This document shows, piece after piece, positions 1 through 9,195 of a stretch of 64,000 bases of DNA. The stretch is from the NCBI GenBank assembly GCA_010356995.1, contig ML996690.1, positions 371,322-435,321 on the forward strand, given 5' to 3'. How positions within the stretch are numbered: position 1 is the stretch's first letter; each line of letters begins with the position of its first letter. Source of the stretch: Trichodelitschia bisporula (taxonomy: Eukaryota). A model generated the notes under the pieces. The model did no database searches, had not been told where the DNA came from, and was given only the letters and a program-made list of their open reading frames with translations. A program made the position numbers and the translations under genes.

Positions 1-222
1 GCCGTGGCCTTCTCGCCGGACGGCAAGCAGCTGGCGTCGGCATCGAATCTTCTACGGTCAATAATTGTCCAGCGGCAATGGGTAGCCAGGGGCACCGAAA
101 AGCTTCTTTGGCTTCCAGCCGAGTATCGCAGTTCGGGCACTGGCACTGTCGCTATCCACGAGGGTAAGGTTGGCTTGGGATGTCGGTCTGGTCGAGTGCT
201 CTGCATGGAATTCATTTGCTAA
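1..222 (+). CDS. 3' end of a WD40-repeat protein, probably a NACHT-WD40 (HET-E-like NLR) C-terminus; partial at window edge
   Basis: AVAFSPDGKQLASAS is a classic WD40 repeat segment. It is followed by WV...LLWLPAEYR...VGLGCRSGRV, the typical terminal segment of fungal NACHT-WD40 proteins. Stop TAA at 220-222. The NACHT domain itself is outside the window. Confidence 0.75.
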   Translation, partial: AVAFSPDGKQLASASNLLRSIIVQRQWVARGTEKLLWLPAEYRSSGTGTVAIHEGKVGLGCRSGRVLCMEFIC

Positions 223-711
223 ATATTTCTCTTAACCTCCTCCCTACCCACCTTCGTTGCGGTCCTAGCCATTTTATACCTTTTTGAGAGTGAAAGTGGC
301 AAAGGATTACAAATGGGAATGGTACGGCTTTGAAATCAAGCACTCCATTAGCAAATGGTAACAGTGGCGTACAAAAAATGTCGTCAGATCAGTGAAGTAA
401 TGGCTTCAATGCAAAGGGGATCTGGAAACATCTGGAATTAACCATTCCTTCAGTCCACAGAGAAGGCATGATGGAATGTAGTGGCTGTGTTCAATGTTTT
501 CCAATCCCAGTTCTTGCGTCGAGCAGAGCGTTGATGAAGACGGGACCAGACCCTAGCTCAACCTGATCAAAGCCGGAAAAGGGAGACGGTTACGTACACC
601 ATGTCCTCTCATTAGCCTCCACTGATAAAGACGTGAAACTGCGTTAGGGTGCTAGGGCGGATAATCCTATCTTTGTCATCTGAGACCCTACACAGAGAGC
701 CCGATTCTTGT

Positions 712-830
712 GCGCCACCTCCACCCGCGCCACCATCTTCATCCGCGCCACCAACTCCACCCGCGCCACCAACTTCACCCGTGCCACCAACTTCACCCGT
801 GCCACCAACCCACTCGCCACCTGCGCCACT
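712..830. repeat. Degenerate 18-bp minisatellite (CCCGYGCCACCAACTTCA-like, about 6 units)
   Basis: Directly visible tandem units; they read as P-A/V-P-P-T-S on the + strand. Confidence 0.8.
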
Positions 831-1586
831 GCCTCAGCTAGTCTTCCATTCCCTCACAACGGTATAACCCCGCACTTAGCCCCCTAGCCACCCCACTCGG
901 AGAATCGGAGTGCGGGGTAGTGTTGCCTGAGTCACGTTGAGGCTGACACTGCGAAGACGGAATAGGGGTCCTAACAGGCGCCCCCGCTTAATTGAGATAT
1001 GACCCTTCCGATACTCATGATACTTCGCTTGCAGGTCCAACCGGGCCGGTTCTGGAGAGGGGAGCCGGCGACAGGCCGAAGACGGGGCGATTTAAGGGAG
1101 GTATTGTGGTTCAATGCGGAGGGCAGGATGAGCACATGTTACTGCCCATCTAAAATCACTTAGCGCGTCAGTAATTTCCAATTGAAGGAAATCTGGCGCT
1201 GGATTTGGCGGCAAGACGGAGGAAAGTATTGGCTAGCAAGGATGACAGTGCATAAGCTAGTCCAGGTTGAACACTTTCCTCATTTGCGAGGATAATATAA
1301 TGAGGTAATCCGTATTAAAGTTCTGCCGATGGCGGTATCCTTATCGGGATCGACACGGACACAGGTCAAAGGGTACACCAGTCCCCGTCTGCTCACTGAA
1401 GTTAAGCTTCGAACCGGTTGACTAGTAGTTGCGTGGGTGACCAGCAGCGAATCCCAACTGCTGTATGCTTTTGCCTTTTTGCTCTAGAGCTGATTTAACT
1501 AGTGTAACTGATATAAAGTGCCCAGTGTCAAGGTTGACAGAACGCTAGACAATTATCTTTCAAAATGATCCCAAAGCAAGCCGTCG

Positions 1587-4500
1587 TCAAGTTCTCCTTT
1601 TCCCCTTCGTACTCTTCCGCTTCTTTTTGGGCTCAATAGGCCCATCATCGTCATCATCATCATCAGACACAATTACCGCTGCCCCCCGCTTCCCTCGCTT
1701 ATTCGCCGCTGGCGCCGGAGCTACCCCATCCTCACCTTCACCCTGCAAGCCCCTAGCCCGTCTCCCAATCCGTGCCAGCGCACTCTCCAGCCTCTTCGAC
1801 GGCCCCTCACCACGCAGACGTGGCGCAAAGGCTCCCGCCCCAACTGCACCCCCAAAATACGCGGTAATATTAGACTGTGTGCCTTCGGTCTCACGACGAT
1901 TCATATCCCGAATAACCGGAACAAGCACCTCATCCGTGCGCTCGGGGCTCCACCCTACCGAACTCATAAGAAATCCTCTCAGAGAATCCAGATCCGGTAC
2001 TCCCCAGACAAACGGTGAGGGATCGGAGTCGACCACCGGCTTAAGGTAAGCCTCTTCGACGAGCGGATTCGGGAAGGAAGGCGGGAGGAAGATTTTCCCC
2101 ATGTTACGGCGGAACTTGCGGCGGAAGAGGTTCGCGGCGTCGGCTTCGGCGGGAAGCGTGCCGGTCTGCACGGCCGTCCACCAATCACGGAAGGCGGCTA
2201 GGCTATCGAACTCGGACATGATTTCGATGGCTGTGACGGGTCCGACACCGGGGACGCCCTCCGTGTAGTCGCTGCCCAGGAACTGAGCGATTGCTATGAG
2301 TCGGTCCCGCGTGAGGCCGAATTCGGCTTCCAGGTCGGAGGCGAGGAAGCATTCGACGAATTTGGCTTGGTTGAAGAAGTTCTTGTATACACGTGTGCCG
2401 CCGAAAAGGAAGGTGTCTGAGTCGTCAGTAACGATGCCGTCGACGAGACCAAGTTGAACGAGCTCAGCGCACTGCGCTTCGGCTTCCATGGGAGCGGTAA
2501 TGTATGGCAGACCGAAGAGAGTGAGGAGCTGCTGGCACTCCGCGATCATGGTTTGCGTTACTTCGTCTGCGTCTCGGCGGTCTTTTTGCTGCTGGATGCG
2601 GAGGGCTGAGTATTGGTCCTGGTAATCAGGGAGGTTTTGTGCTCCGGTATTCTGGAGACTAGAGGCAAACCGGGCGTGCTCCTCGTCCTCCCTGGCTAGC
2701 TGTCGAAATAGCTCCTCGTCCTCGGGGTCAGAGTAGATGTCTTCTTCTTGTGGTGGTGGAATGGTGTCGGCTGCCGCAGGGTTCGGACTCTCCTCCATAG
2801 TGATATCTGCGTCTCGTTCAGCTCGACCTGCAGACCGGTCCGAGAGCGCAAGAACGTCGACAAATTCTTCATCAGCAACTTCGGAGTCTGCAGACTGGTT
2901 CTGCTCAGAAGTTGCTCTTTGCTCGCTTTTATCCTGGGTACGAAAGCTTGAAGGCGTACTATCATGATCGCTAGATTTCCACGGCAGAGCCTGGTCTTCC
3001 ACGTCAACAGATGATGTTTGCACCTTGTCTCTTGCAGCCACAGCCTGAGTATTGTTAGGTGACTTCGATCCGGGGGCCACAGGCTTTGGATCAACAGTGC
3101 GAATGTCAACGTATTCCATGCTTTCGTCGTCAGACGATAACTCGACAACATTCCTCGTATCCTTTTCTGGGGCCTCGAGGTCAATTATGTCCCGGGATGG
3201 CTGCTTCCTGGCTTCTGGTACGTTTTGGAACTCGAAATTATCGAAGGCCAGTTTGGCAGGTCCATGGGCGCTCCGAGCTGTACCCACAGGAGCCGAAGTA
3301 TGCTTCTCAGCGCTCTTTGCGAACCAAGGTGGAACAGGTGGCGCAGCTTCGTCTTCTTCGTCGAGTTTGTCACCCTCTGTGTGGAAGCCGCCAGCTTGGT
3401 CCGGATTGGGTGCGGGCACTTTCTTCTTCGTAAAGAGAGAGCTGCCCAAATCGAGTTTCTCGAAGGGGAGTGGGCCGCCAAAGGGATTCGATTCGGTTCT
3501 GGTTACAGTGGTGGAGGCAACGGCGGGCAATGTGGGAAGTGGCTGTGGTTGGAAAGGTGCTTTTTGCTTTGCATTTCTCGATTGGGCCATCACGGCTTGC
3601 ATGTCCACTTCATCATCACTGTCGTCGGTCGTAAAGGGTTTCGATGTAGCGGGCTTCGATGCAGCCATCCGGCTCCGGTTGTTTAGCTGGTGCGCAATGG
3701 CTTTGCCACTCCCTTGGAATATAGGGGCTGCATCTGGAACTCTCGTTTGACTCTGCTGGAAAACCTCCACAAAATCGTCTTCATCCTCGCTTTCGCCGGC
3801 ATCTTGTTGTAACGATAGCGCAATTGCTCGCTGCAACTCTTGCTCTTCGTCATCGTCGCCAGTCCGTGACATCTCGGTACCTACGAACAAAGACTCTAGG
3901 TCATCGGCAACAAAATTTTCTGGACCGGTTGGCTGCCCAACGGCTTCTTGCCGTGACTGGTAGAGCGCCTGGCGTCGTTCAAACTCTCGGGAGACTGCAG
4001 CTGTCATGGCTCGCGCCCCAGCTGCCGGCTGCCGCCGCTTGGGAAGCCGGTTCAACCCTTCGATTGGGACATCTTCAAACTCTTCGTCATCCGAATCATC
4101 TGGTTCTCCCGGCTTGTCCAGGTTGTCCACGTCGATAGGCTTCTCTCTCTTTCCTTCATCTTTGCTCACGACGCCCAGCGCCCAACCGCCCTCCACACCG
4201 TCATTCTTCACTAGCACGTATTCTCGATTCTTTTCGCCTGCGACTCGCGCCATGCCGAAACTCGGGTCGTCGGCAGAGCCATTAAGGTGCATGAGCCGCT
4301 GCGTAAGCTGGTTCCGCTCCCTGACACGCTCAATCTGAAATTTGGAAAAGGCCATTCGGTCGGGAAACATGCCGTCAAGCTGTTCTTTGGAGTAACCCAT
4401 CCGGAGCCGGCTCCTCAACCGCGCGGCATTGAGTATATTGTAGCGATCACTGGCCGGCAAGCTAATAAAGAAGGGGCTGTCGAAATCTATCTTCGAAAAG

Positions 4501-5153
4501 TCATAAACGTTGATGTCTTCGCCCTTCTCAAACTGCCGTGCATAGTGCTGCAGCTCCTCCAAGCTCATGACCCGCGGATCGTTCGGCTGTCCCATTTCCG
4601 CAAGACTGACATCGAGATCGGGCAGATGATACGCATCCTGCTTCTTGAACGTGCGGTTGTGCTTCCTCTCTTTGTCGCTCATGAGGGCCTCCTCCATGTA
4701 CACCGGATTCTCCGGCACCGGCTCCTCATCGACGTCCACAGGCGCGACCGGGGCCACCGCCTCTCGCCTTTTCCGTTTCCGCTCTTCCTCCTCCTGCTCC
4801 GCCCGTCGCTGCAGTTGCAACGCAAGCAGCTTGCCAGCCGTCCGCGACGCATCTTCCCTCCGGCCCTCACGTCGCCGCTTTCGCGCGTTGATCGTCTGGC
4901 GCTTCAGCGCGGGCGCTCCGCCGTCAAACACGAACACAGGCTTGATGCCGAAGAAGAGCAGCTTGCAGATGCGCCGGAAGAAGCCGACGACGTGGCTGTT
5001 GCGCAGCGCATTGCCTTCCTTGTCGCGCACCGCTTTGAGGAACTGGTAGATCCAGATGGAGGCATCGACGGCGAGGCGCTTGCGGTTCAGTGTTTCGATC
5101 TTGATGGGCCGGGCGCATGGGTGGACAACTGTCCAGAGGCCAGTGACACCCAT
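1587..5153 (-). CDS. RAD2: XPG/Rad2 (Rad13) nucleotide-excision-repair endonuclease, single exon, 1188 aa
   Basis: XPG N-domain MGVTGLW...AVDASIWIYQF...VFVFDG; I-domain APMEAEAQCA...GIVTDDSD...LGSDYTEG (H3TH); UIM-like ELQRAIALSL; basic C-terminal NLS. Confidence 0.97.
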   Translation of the reverse strand: MGVTGLWTVVHPCARPIKIETLNRKRLAVDASIWIYQFLKAVRDKEGNALRNSHVVGFFRRICKLLFFGIKPVFVFDGGAPALKRQTINARKRRREGRREDASRTAGKLLALQLQRRAEQEEEERKRKRREAVAPVAPVDVDEEPVPENPVYMEEALMSDKERKHNRTFKKQDAYHLPDLDVSLAEMGQPNDPRVMSLEELQHYARQFEKGEDINVYDFSKIDFDSPFFISLPASDRYNILNAARLRSRLRMGYSKEQLDGMFPDRMAFSKFQIERVRERNQLTQRLMHLNGSADDPSFGMARVAGEKNREYVLVKNDGVEGGWALGVVSKDEGKREKPIDVDNLDKPGEPDDSDDEEFEDVPIEGLNRLPKRRQPAAGARAMTAAVSREFERRQALYQSRQEAVGQPTGPENFVADDLESLFVGTEMSRTGDDDEEQELQRAIALSLQQDAGESEDEDDFVEVFQQSQTRVPDAAPIFQGSGKAIAHQLNNRSRMAASKPATSKPFTTDDSDDEVDMQAVMAQSRNAKQKAPFQPQPLPTLPAVASTTVTRTESNPFGGPLPFEKLDLGSSLFTKKKVPAPNPDQAGGFHTEGDKLDEEDEAAPPVPPWFAKSAEKHTSAPVGTARSAHGPAKLAFDNFEFQNVPEARKQPSRDIIDLEAPEKDTRNVVELSSDDESMEYVDIRTVDPKPVAPGSKSPNNTQAVAARDKVQTSSVDVEDQALPWKSSDHDSTPSSFRTQDKSEQRATSEQNQSADSEVADEEFVDVLALSDRSAGRAERDADITMEESPNPAAADTIPPPQEEDIYSDPEDEELFRQLAREDEEHARFASSLQNTGAQNLPDYQDQYSALRIQQQKDRRDADEVTQTMIAECQQLLTLFGLPYITAPMEAEAQCAELVQLGLVDGIVTDDSDTFLFGGTRVYKNFFNQAKFVECFLASDLEAEFGLTRDRLIAIAQFLGSDYTEGVPGVGPVTAIEIMSEFDSLAAFRDWWTAVQTGTLPAEADAANLFRRKFRRNMGKIFLPPSFPNPLVEEAYLKPVVDSDPSPFVWGVPDLDSLRGFLMSSVGWSPERTDEVLVPVIRDMNRRETEGTQSNITAYFGGAVGAGAFAPRLRGEGPSKRLESALARIGRRARGLQGEGEDGVAPAPAANKRGKRGAAVIVSDDDDDDDGPIEPKKKRKSTKGKRRT

Positions 5154-5697
5154 GATAGAGCGTGGTTATGTGTTCTCATCGGTGACCGGGGATGTGGAGG
5201 TGACGGTGACTCGGGAGAGACGTCAGTTCGAAGGGACGCGCTGTCACGTGATGCTATCGATAGTGGCAAAGGTCGTGGCTTCAAAGGGGCGGTTCTGGAA
5301 CTTCAGGTAACAGCTCATTGTTTGCCGCATATCATTGGCCAAAAGAGAGTTTTGTCTATATTAACCCGCACTTACCATCCGACATCCTTCCCCTCAATAC
5401 TTCTAGCTCCGGGGAAGACTGTCGGCCTTGGTATGTTTGCTTCGTCATCTCCGTTACTTTCGTTAAAGACACATCCAAATACATAACAGTTGCAACCCAG
5501 TCATGTGCATCAAAAGCAGCCCTGACCTCGAGTCGGGAGAAACAGAGCCAGCTGCTGGCTTACAAGCTCCATAGAGCATTCCTTTCGTGTAGATGATAAA
5601 CCAACTCCAGTCCGAAATGCAGCAACTCGAAGATGACGAATAGATAAGTAATGAGAGATGACGGCACCCTTCGCAGCCTAGTGGCAGGTGCGCTGAT

Positions 5698-8600
5698 CTA
5701 GACAATCCCCAGGCCAACCCTGCCGCCATCTCCTGGGGCTCCATTGCCGATTCCAGCGCCGGGCCCGTTGTGCGCCGTATCTCTCATCTTCCGCCCTTCC
5801 ATCAGGCCTCGCAGCCCCAGTTTTTGCAATCCGACCACGGCACTCAACTCGCCAGCCCAGATTTCTTGCTGCTCCAGCGCCAGCTCGCGCCGTCTCCTTC
5901 TTGCTTCATTTTCTTCATCAAGCTCGGCACCTGGTTCTAGTGTCATTGAAGCCGACATCGAGGCATCGTCGTCATCCGTGCCGTCAGCGCTCAGCCCACC
6001 AGCGCTACGAGGCTCATGGGGAACCTGGCGGTTGATATCGGTGTTGATTTGTAGAGGAAGGTTGGCTCTGCTGTTCATGGCAGGAGTTCCGTTGCTGGCC
6101 ACTGGAGTAGCGCTTGGTGTGCCATGGGCCCCAACCCCATTTGCAGTGAGGCTCTCGGACTTCGCGTGATTCGCAGAGTGAACGCTACCAGTTCCGCTAA
6201 TCTGCGAGAAGAAAACGACCCCGTCGCCACCCCCTGCGGCCATGGCCGCTGCATTGAATATCGCTGCCGTGTTCCGATTATCGATAACGCTGTGCAGGCG
6301 TTCCACTACCGCTTCCAGAAGTCCGTCTATCCGGTAGGGGCGAGCAATCTGCAGCAACGAGCAAAGGATTTGCGGCGTGCAAAGTGGAGAACTAAGACGC
6401 GGAAGTGATGAAGTGTAGAGGTAATGAAGAAGCGCGCGGATAGTAAGCGGGGTGTGTGGAAGGTAGAGCGTCCGTGGGCGGCTCGATGGGTTGAGCAGCG
6501 GAGGAAGTGCCTGGGGCCGGGCAGTCGCAGAACCACCTTCTGCTTGATTGTTTAGCAGTGTCGATGCTGCCGATAGCCGTTCTGGGTCGCCCGCGGGACT
6601 ACCATTTACGCCCCCTCCACCGAGAGGAGTAATGGTTAGACTTGAATGCCTTGAGAACATGTCCTTCCGTCCCGGTCTCAAAGTGGCCGCGTCCGCCTCT
6701 TCCAGCTCACTGTCCCTCCGCATGATGCTTGCATATCCTTCCAGCATAAGACGTTCAAAGTATGCACCCCACCGTCGTGCCACAAGCCGCGAGTTCGCAG
6801 GAATCCGTTCGCCAGTCAACGCCATAAAGTCCATGTCGGCAATCTCGTGTATCTCCATTGCTGCGGCGCCCAATTCCTCTGCTGCACGGGTAAGGCGGCG
6901 TCCACTGGCGTGCATGTCCGGAGGCAGAATATTTACGGAAGGCCCAGGCGCACTGGCAGATATGTATCCGGACATAGGCGCCGTTTTGCGGGGGTTATCG
7001 TACATCCTAAAGGCCTCCAGCTCCACAAGGCAGAAGTTGGAGAAGTTGATGCGACGATGGTTATAGTCCTCCACCAGGCTCCGCGCTCGGTTTCCCAGAA
7101 TAACGAAAGAGTTTCGTCGTGGCCACAACACTCCTCGGTTCCAGCTGCCCTGGCTGAAGGTGTTGGCGCCCGCATCGATACGGCTCCATGTCAGGGTGCG
7201 CAAGTCCAGCGCCCACAGCGCATACTCTTGCTTCGATGATGTAAGGAACGTGCCGCTGACGACAAAATGATTTGCTATAACACCGCCATTGGGAAATCGT
7301 AGACCTGGTGGGGAAGTTCGACCTTTCATCGGCTTCTCGACCAGCCGACCATCAGGGAATCGGATTTGAAGCTCGAGCTTAACATCCAAGAAATTATAAT
7401 TTGAGTAGATGAGGAGGGCTGAGCTTCCGTCCGAGGGTGCTACCGGGCTGGAGTTGTCGGGCTGGTTCTCCTCGCCATCTCCATTTCTAGCAGACAGGCC
7501 AATCTCGGCGGCAGCAGCCGCACTGAGCGGAGCAGTGACGCTACGATATGCGCCACAACTGCGGCCCAACGCTGCCGTGGATGTCCATCTGAGACTGCGG
7601 AGGTTGAACACACTGATCTGTTCAATGTAGTGATTGGCGCTGTCCTGGCCGCCAACAACTACCATCTCTGCGCCGCCTGAGCCATCTAGTTGAACTCCAA
7701 TTGAACCGGAATTTGGGGCTTGTGAGGAAGATGGGTTGTGGCTGATGGCAGAGAGCGGAGCATTGGCGGAAACGAACGTGGATGAAGAGGGCAGGATGGC
7801 GGCACAGTGGGCGTAGCGTCCCTGGGGAGAATCGAAGGTTGGAACTTTCATCCAAGACTGTGTGCGCACATCAAAAATGTGTATGTCGGACATGACAACG
7901 ACTTCGGGCTGCGGATCTGCAGGGTTGACAGGCTGGTTTGGGATTGTTGGTTGTCCGTTTGCAAGCACCGAGGGCGACATGCCTCCATAACAAACCAGCT
8001 TGCAGTCCCCAAGGGCGCACATGCTATGAAAGTACCGTGGAGGAGGGACGTCGCCTTTCGGCTCAAGCTTTGTCCAATGCCGGCGAATCAGATCGAGTTC
8101 ATAAAGGTCAGCTGTAAGCGGCGGTCGTGTACGTGATATTTTCCGTCCGCCGAATACATAGAGCTTGTCTCCGAGGATGGTGGTACTCGCGCCGACCAAG
8201 GGTTTGGGGTGGCGTCCGGTTGTGCGGTGGACATTGCACACTAGACCTGAGAGTCCACTGTTTGACGAAGGGGTGTTGAGGCCGGTCGGTTGCTGCTGTG
8301 GGGGAGCCGGCGAAGGTCCGGCAGATTGATAGGCAGAAGCAGGAGTCCGCGAGAGGGGCGGGACGTTCGCCATATCACCGCTTGCGGGAGTGCGAGCATC
8401 TTGTCGATATGGGTTAGGTTGACTGGGATTCTGGCTTGGGGCGTAGGCACCAGTCTGGAATTGGTCGGCGTAAAGCTGATCAGACGAGGGCGCAGAGGTG
8501 GTTGAGTCGAGCGTGCTCGTCCTGCTGCCAGTCCCCTGTGGGTGGCGGGTCATTGTATGGAGTTTCGTCGGCGACGAGGGAGGACCAAAATCTGGGGGAA

Positions 8601-9195
8601 CCGCCTTAAAGCTGGAGCGAGGACTAAAGGCGCTTCGCGGAGAGCCTGGCTGGGAAATGTAGTTTAGCGCCCAGTCGGGGATCTTTATCTCAACATGCCT
8701 CGGTCGGGATTTTGAGGAGTCGGTAGAGGCGACGGAGCCTTTGCGCTCGGGGTCCACGAGATCACGGACACTGGGGTGATCGATCACGGAGGCGCCTGGT
8801 GGGCTTCTGGACGAATCGAATTCTGAGATGTAGCTGGGGCTGTAGGATGGTGCTACGGGTTGCACATAGTCCGGGATGACAATGGGGACGTGCTTGGGAC
8901 GCAAACGGACCTTGTGGACAAAACCCTCGAGAGACTCGAGGGGGGATGAAGGCCGGCGAGGGGTCGCTACACTGAGAGGAGAAAGGGGCGGGGTACAGCC
9001 GTCGGCCGGAGAATGGGAAGCGGCAGGAGCGTCGCTGTCCTTCTCGCCTTTAGATTCCGGTTCACGGGCAGTCCGAGGTTGGAGGAAGCGCGGCCGGGTA
9101 CCCAACAGATATGACTCCTTTGCACGAGGCGGCTTTGCGCGCTTTGAGGAACCAGCAGTGGCAGCTGGATAGGCGAGAACACCTAGAGGTATCAT
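5698..9195 (-). CDS. Kelch-repeat/BTB-like regulator, Ral2/Mds3/Pmd1 family (start uncertain: ATG 9195 or 8553)
   Basis: Kelch motifs (LYVFGGR, PPPRYFHSM, GRYAHCA, VVVGGQD, PPGLRFP); BTB-like region ADMDF...RIPANSRLVARRW...RALLHYLYT. One long uninterrupted ORF. Confidence 0.85.
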   Translation of the reverse strand: MIPLGVLAYPAATAGSSKRAKPPRAKESYLLGTRPRFLQPRTAREPESKGEKDSDAPAASHSPADGCTPPLSPLSVATPRRPSSPLESLEGFVHKVRLRPKHVPIVIPDYVQPVAPSYSPSYISEFDSSRSPPGASVIDHPSVRDLVDPERKGSVASTDSSKSRPRHVEIKIPDWALNYISQPGSPRSAFSPRSSFKAVPPDFGPPSSPTKLHTMTRHPQGTGSRTSTLDSTTSAPSSDQLYADQFQTGAYAPSQNPSQPNPYRQDARTPASGDMANVPPLSRTPASAYQSAGPSPAPPQQQPTGLNTPSSNSGLSGLVCNVHRTTGRHPKPLVGASTTILGDKLYVFGGRKISRTRPPLTADLYELDLIRRHWTKLEPKGDVPPPRYFHSMCALGDCKLVCYGGMSPSVLANGQPTIPNQPVNPADPQPEVVVMSDIHIFDVRTQSWMKVPTFDSPQGRYAHCAAILPSSSTFVSANAPLSAISHNPSSSQAPNSGSIGVQLDGSGGAEMVVVGGQDSANHYIEQISVFNLRSLRWTSTAALGRSCGAYRSVTAPLSAAAAAEIGLSARNGDGEENQPDNSSPVAPSDGSSALLIYSNYNFLDVKLELQIRFPDGRLVEKPMKGRTSPPGLRFPNGGVIANHFVVSGTFLTSSKQEYALWALDLRTLTWSRIDAGANTFSQGSWNRGVLWPRRNSFVILGNRARSLVEDYNHRRINFSNFCLVELEAFRMYDNPRKTAPMSGYISASAPGPSVNILPPDMHASGRRLTRAAEELGAAAMEIHEIADMDFMALTGERIPANSRLVARRWGAYFERLMLEGYASIMRRDSELEEADAATLRPGRKDMFSRHSSLTITPLGGGGVNGSPAGDPERLSAASTLLNNQAEGGSATARPQALPPLLNPSSRPRTLYLPHTPLTIRALLHYLYTSSLPRLSSPLCTPQILCSLLQIARPYRIDGLLEAVVERLHSVIDNRNTAAIFNAAAMAAGGGDGVVFFSQISGTGSVHSANHAKSESLTANGVGAHGTPSATPVASNGTPAMNSRANLPLQINTDINRQVPHEPRSAGGLSADGTDDDDASMSASMTLEPGAELDEENEARRRRRELALEQQEIWAGELSAVVGLQKLGLRGLMEGRKMRDTAHNGPGAGIGNGAPGDGGRVGLGIV

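Noticed and set aside
712..830. Tandem repeat as a possible CRISPR array
   Set aside because: No unique spacers, no cas genes, eukaryotic context.
4287..5486. 399-aa + strand ORF and other long antisense ORFs (e.g. 27483-28400, 53528-54343, 29063-29836)
   Set aside because: They are shadows of real genes on the opposite strand, expected from GC-rich codon bias; no motifs.
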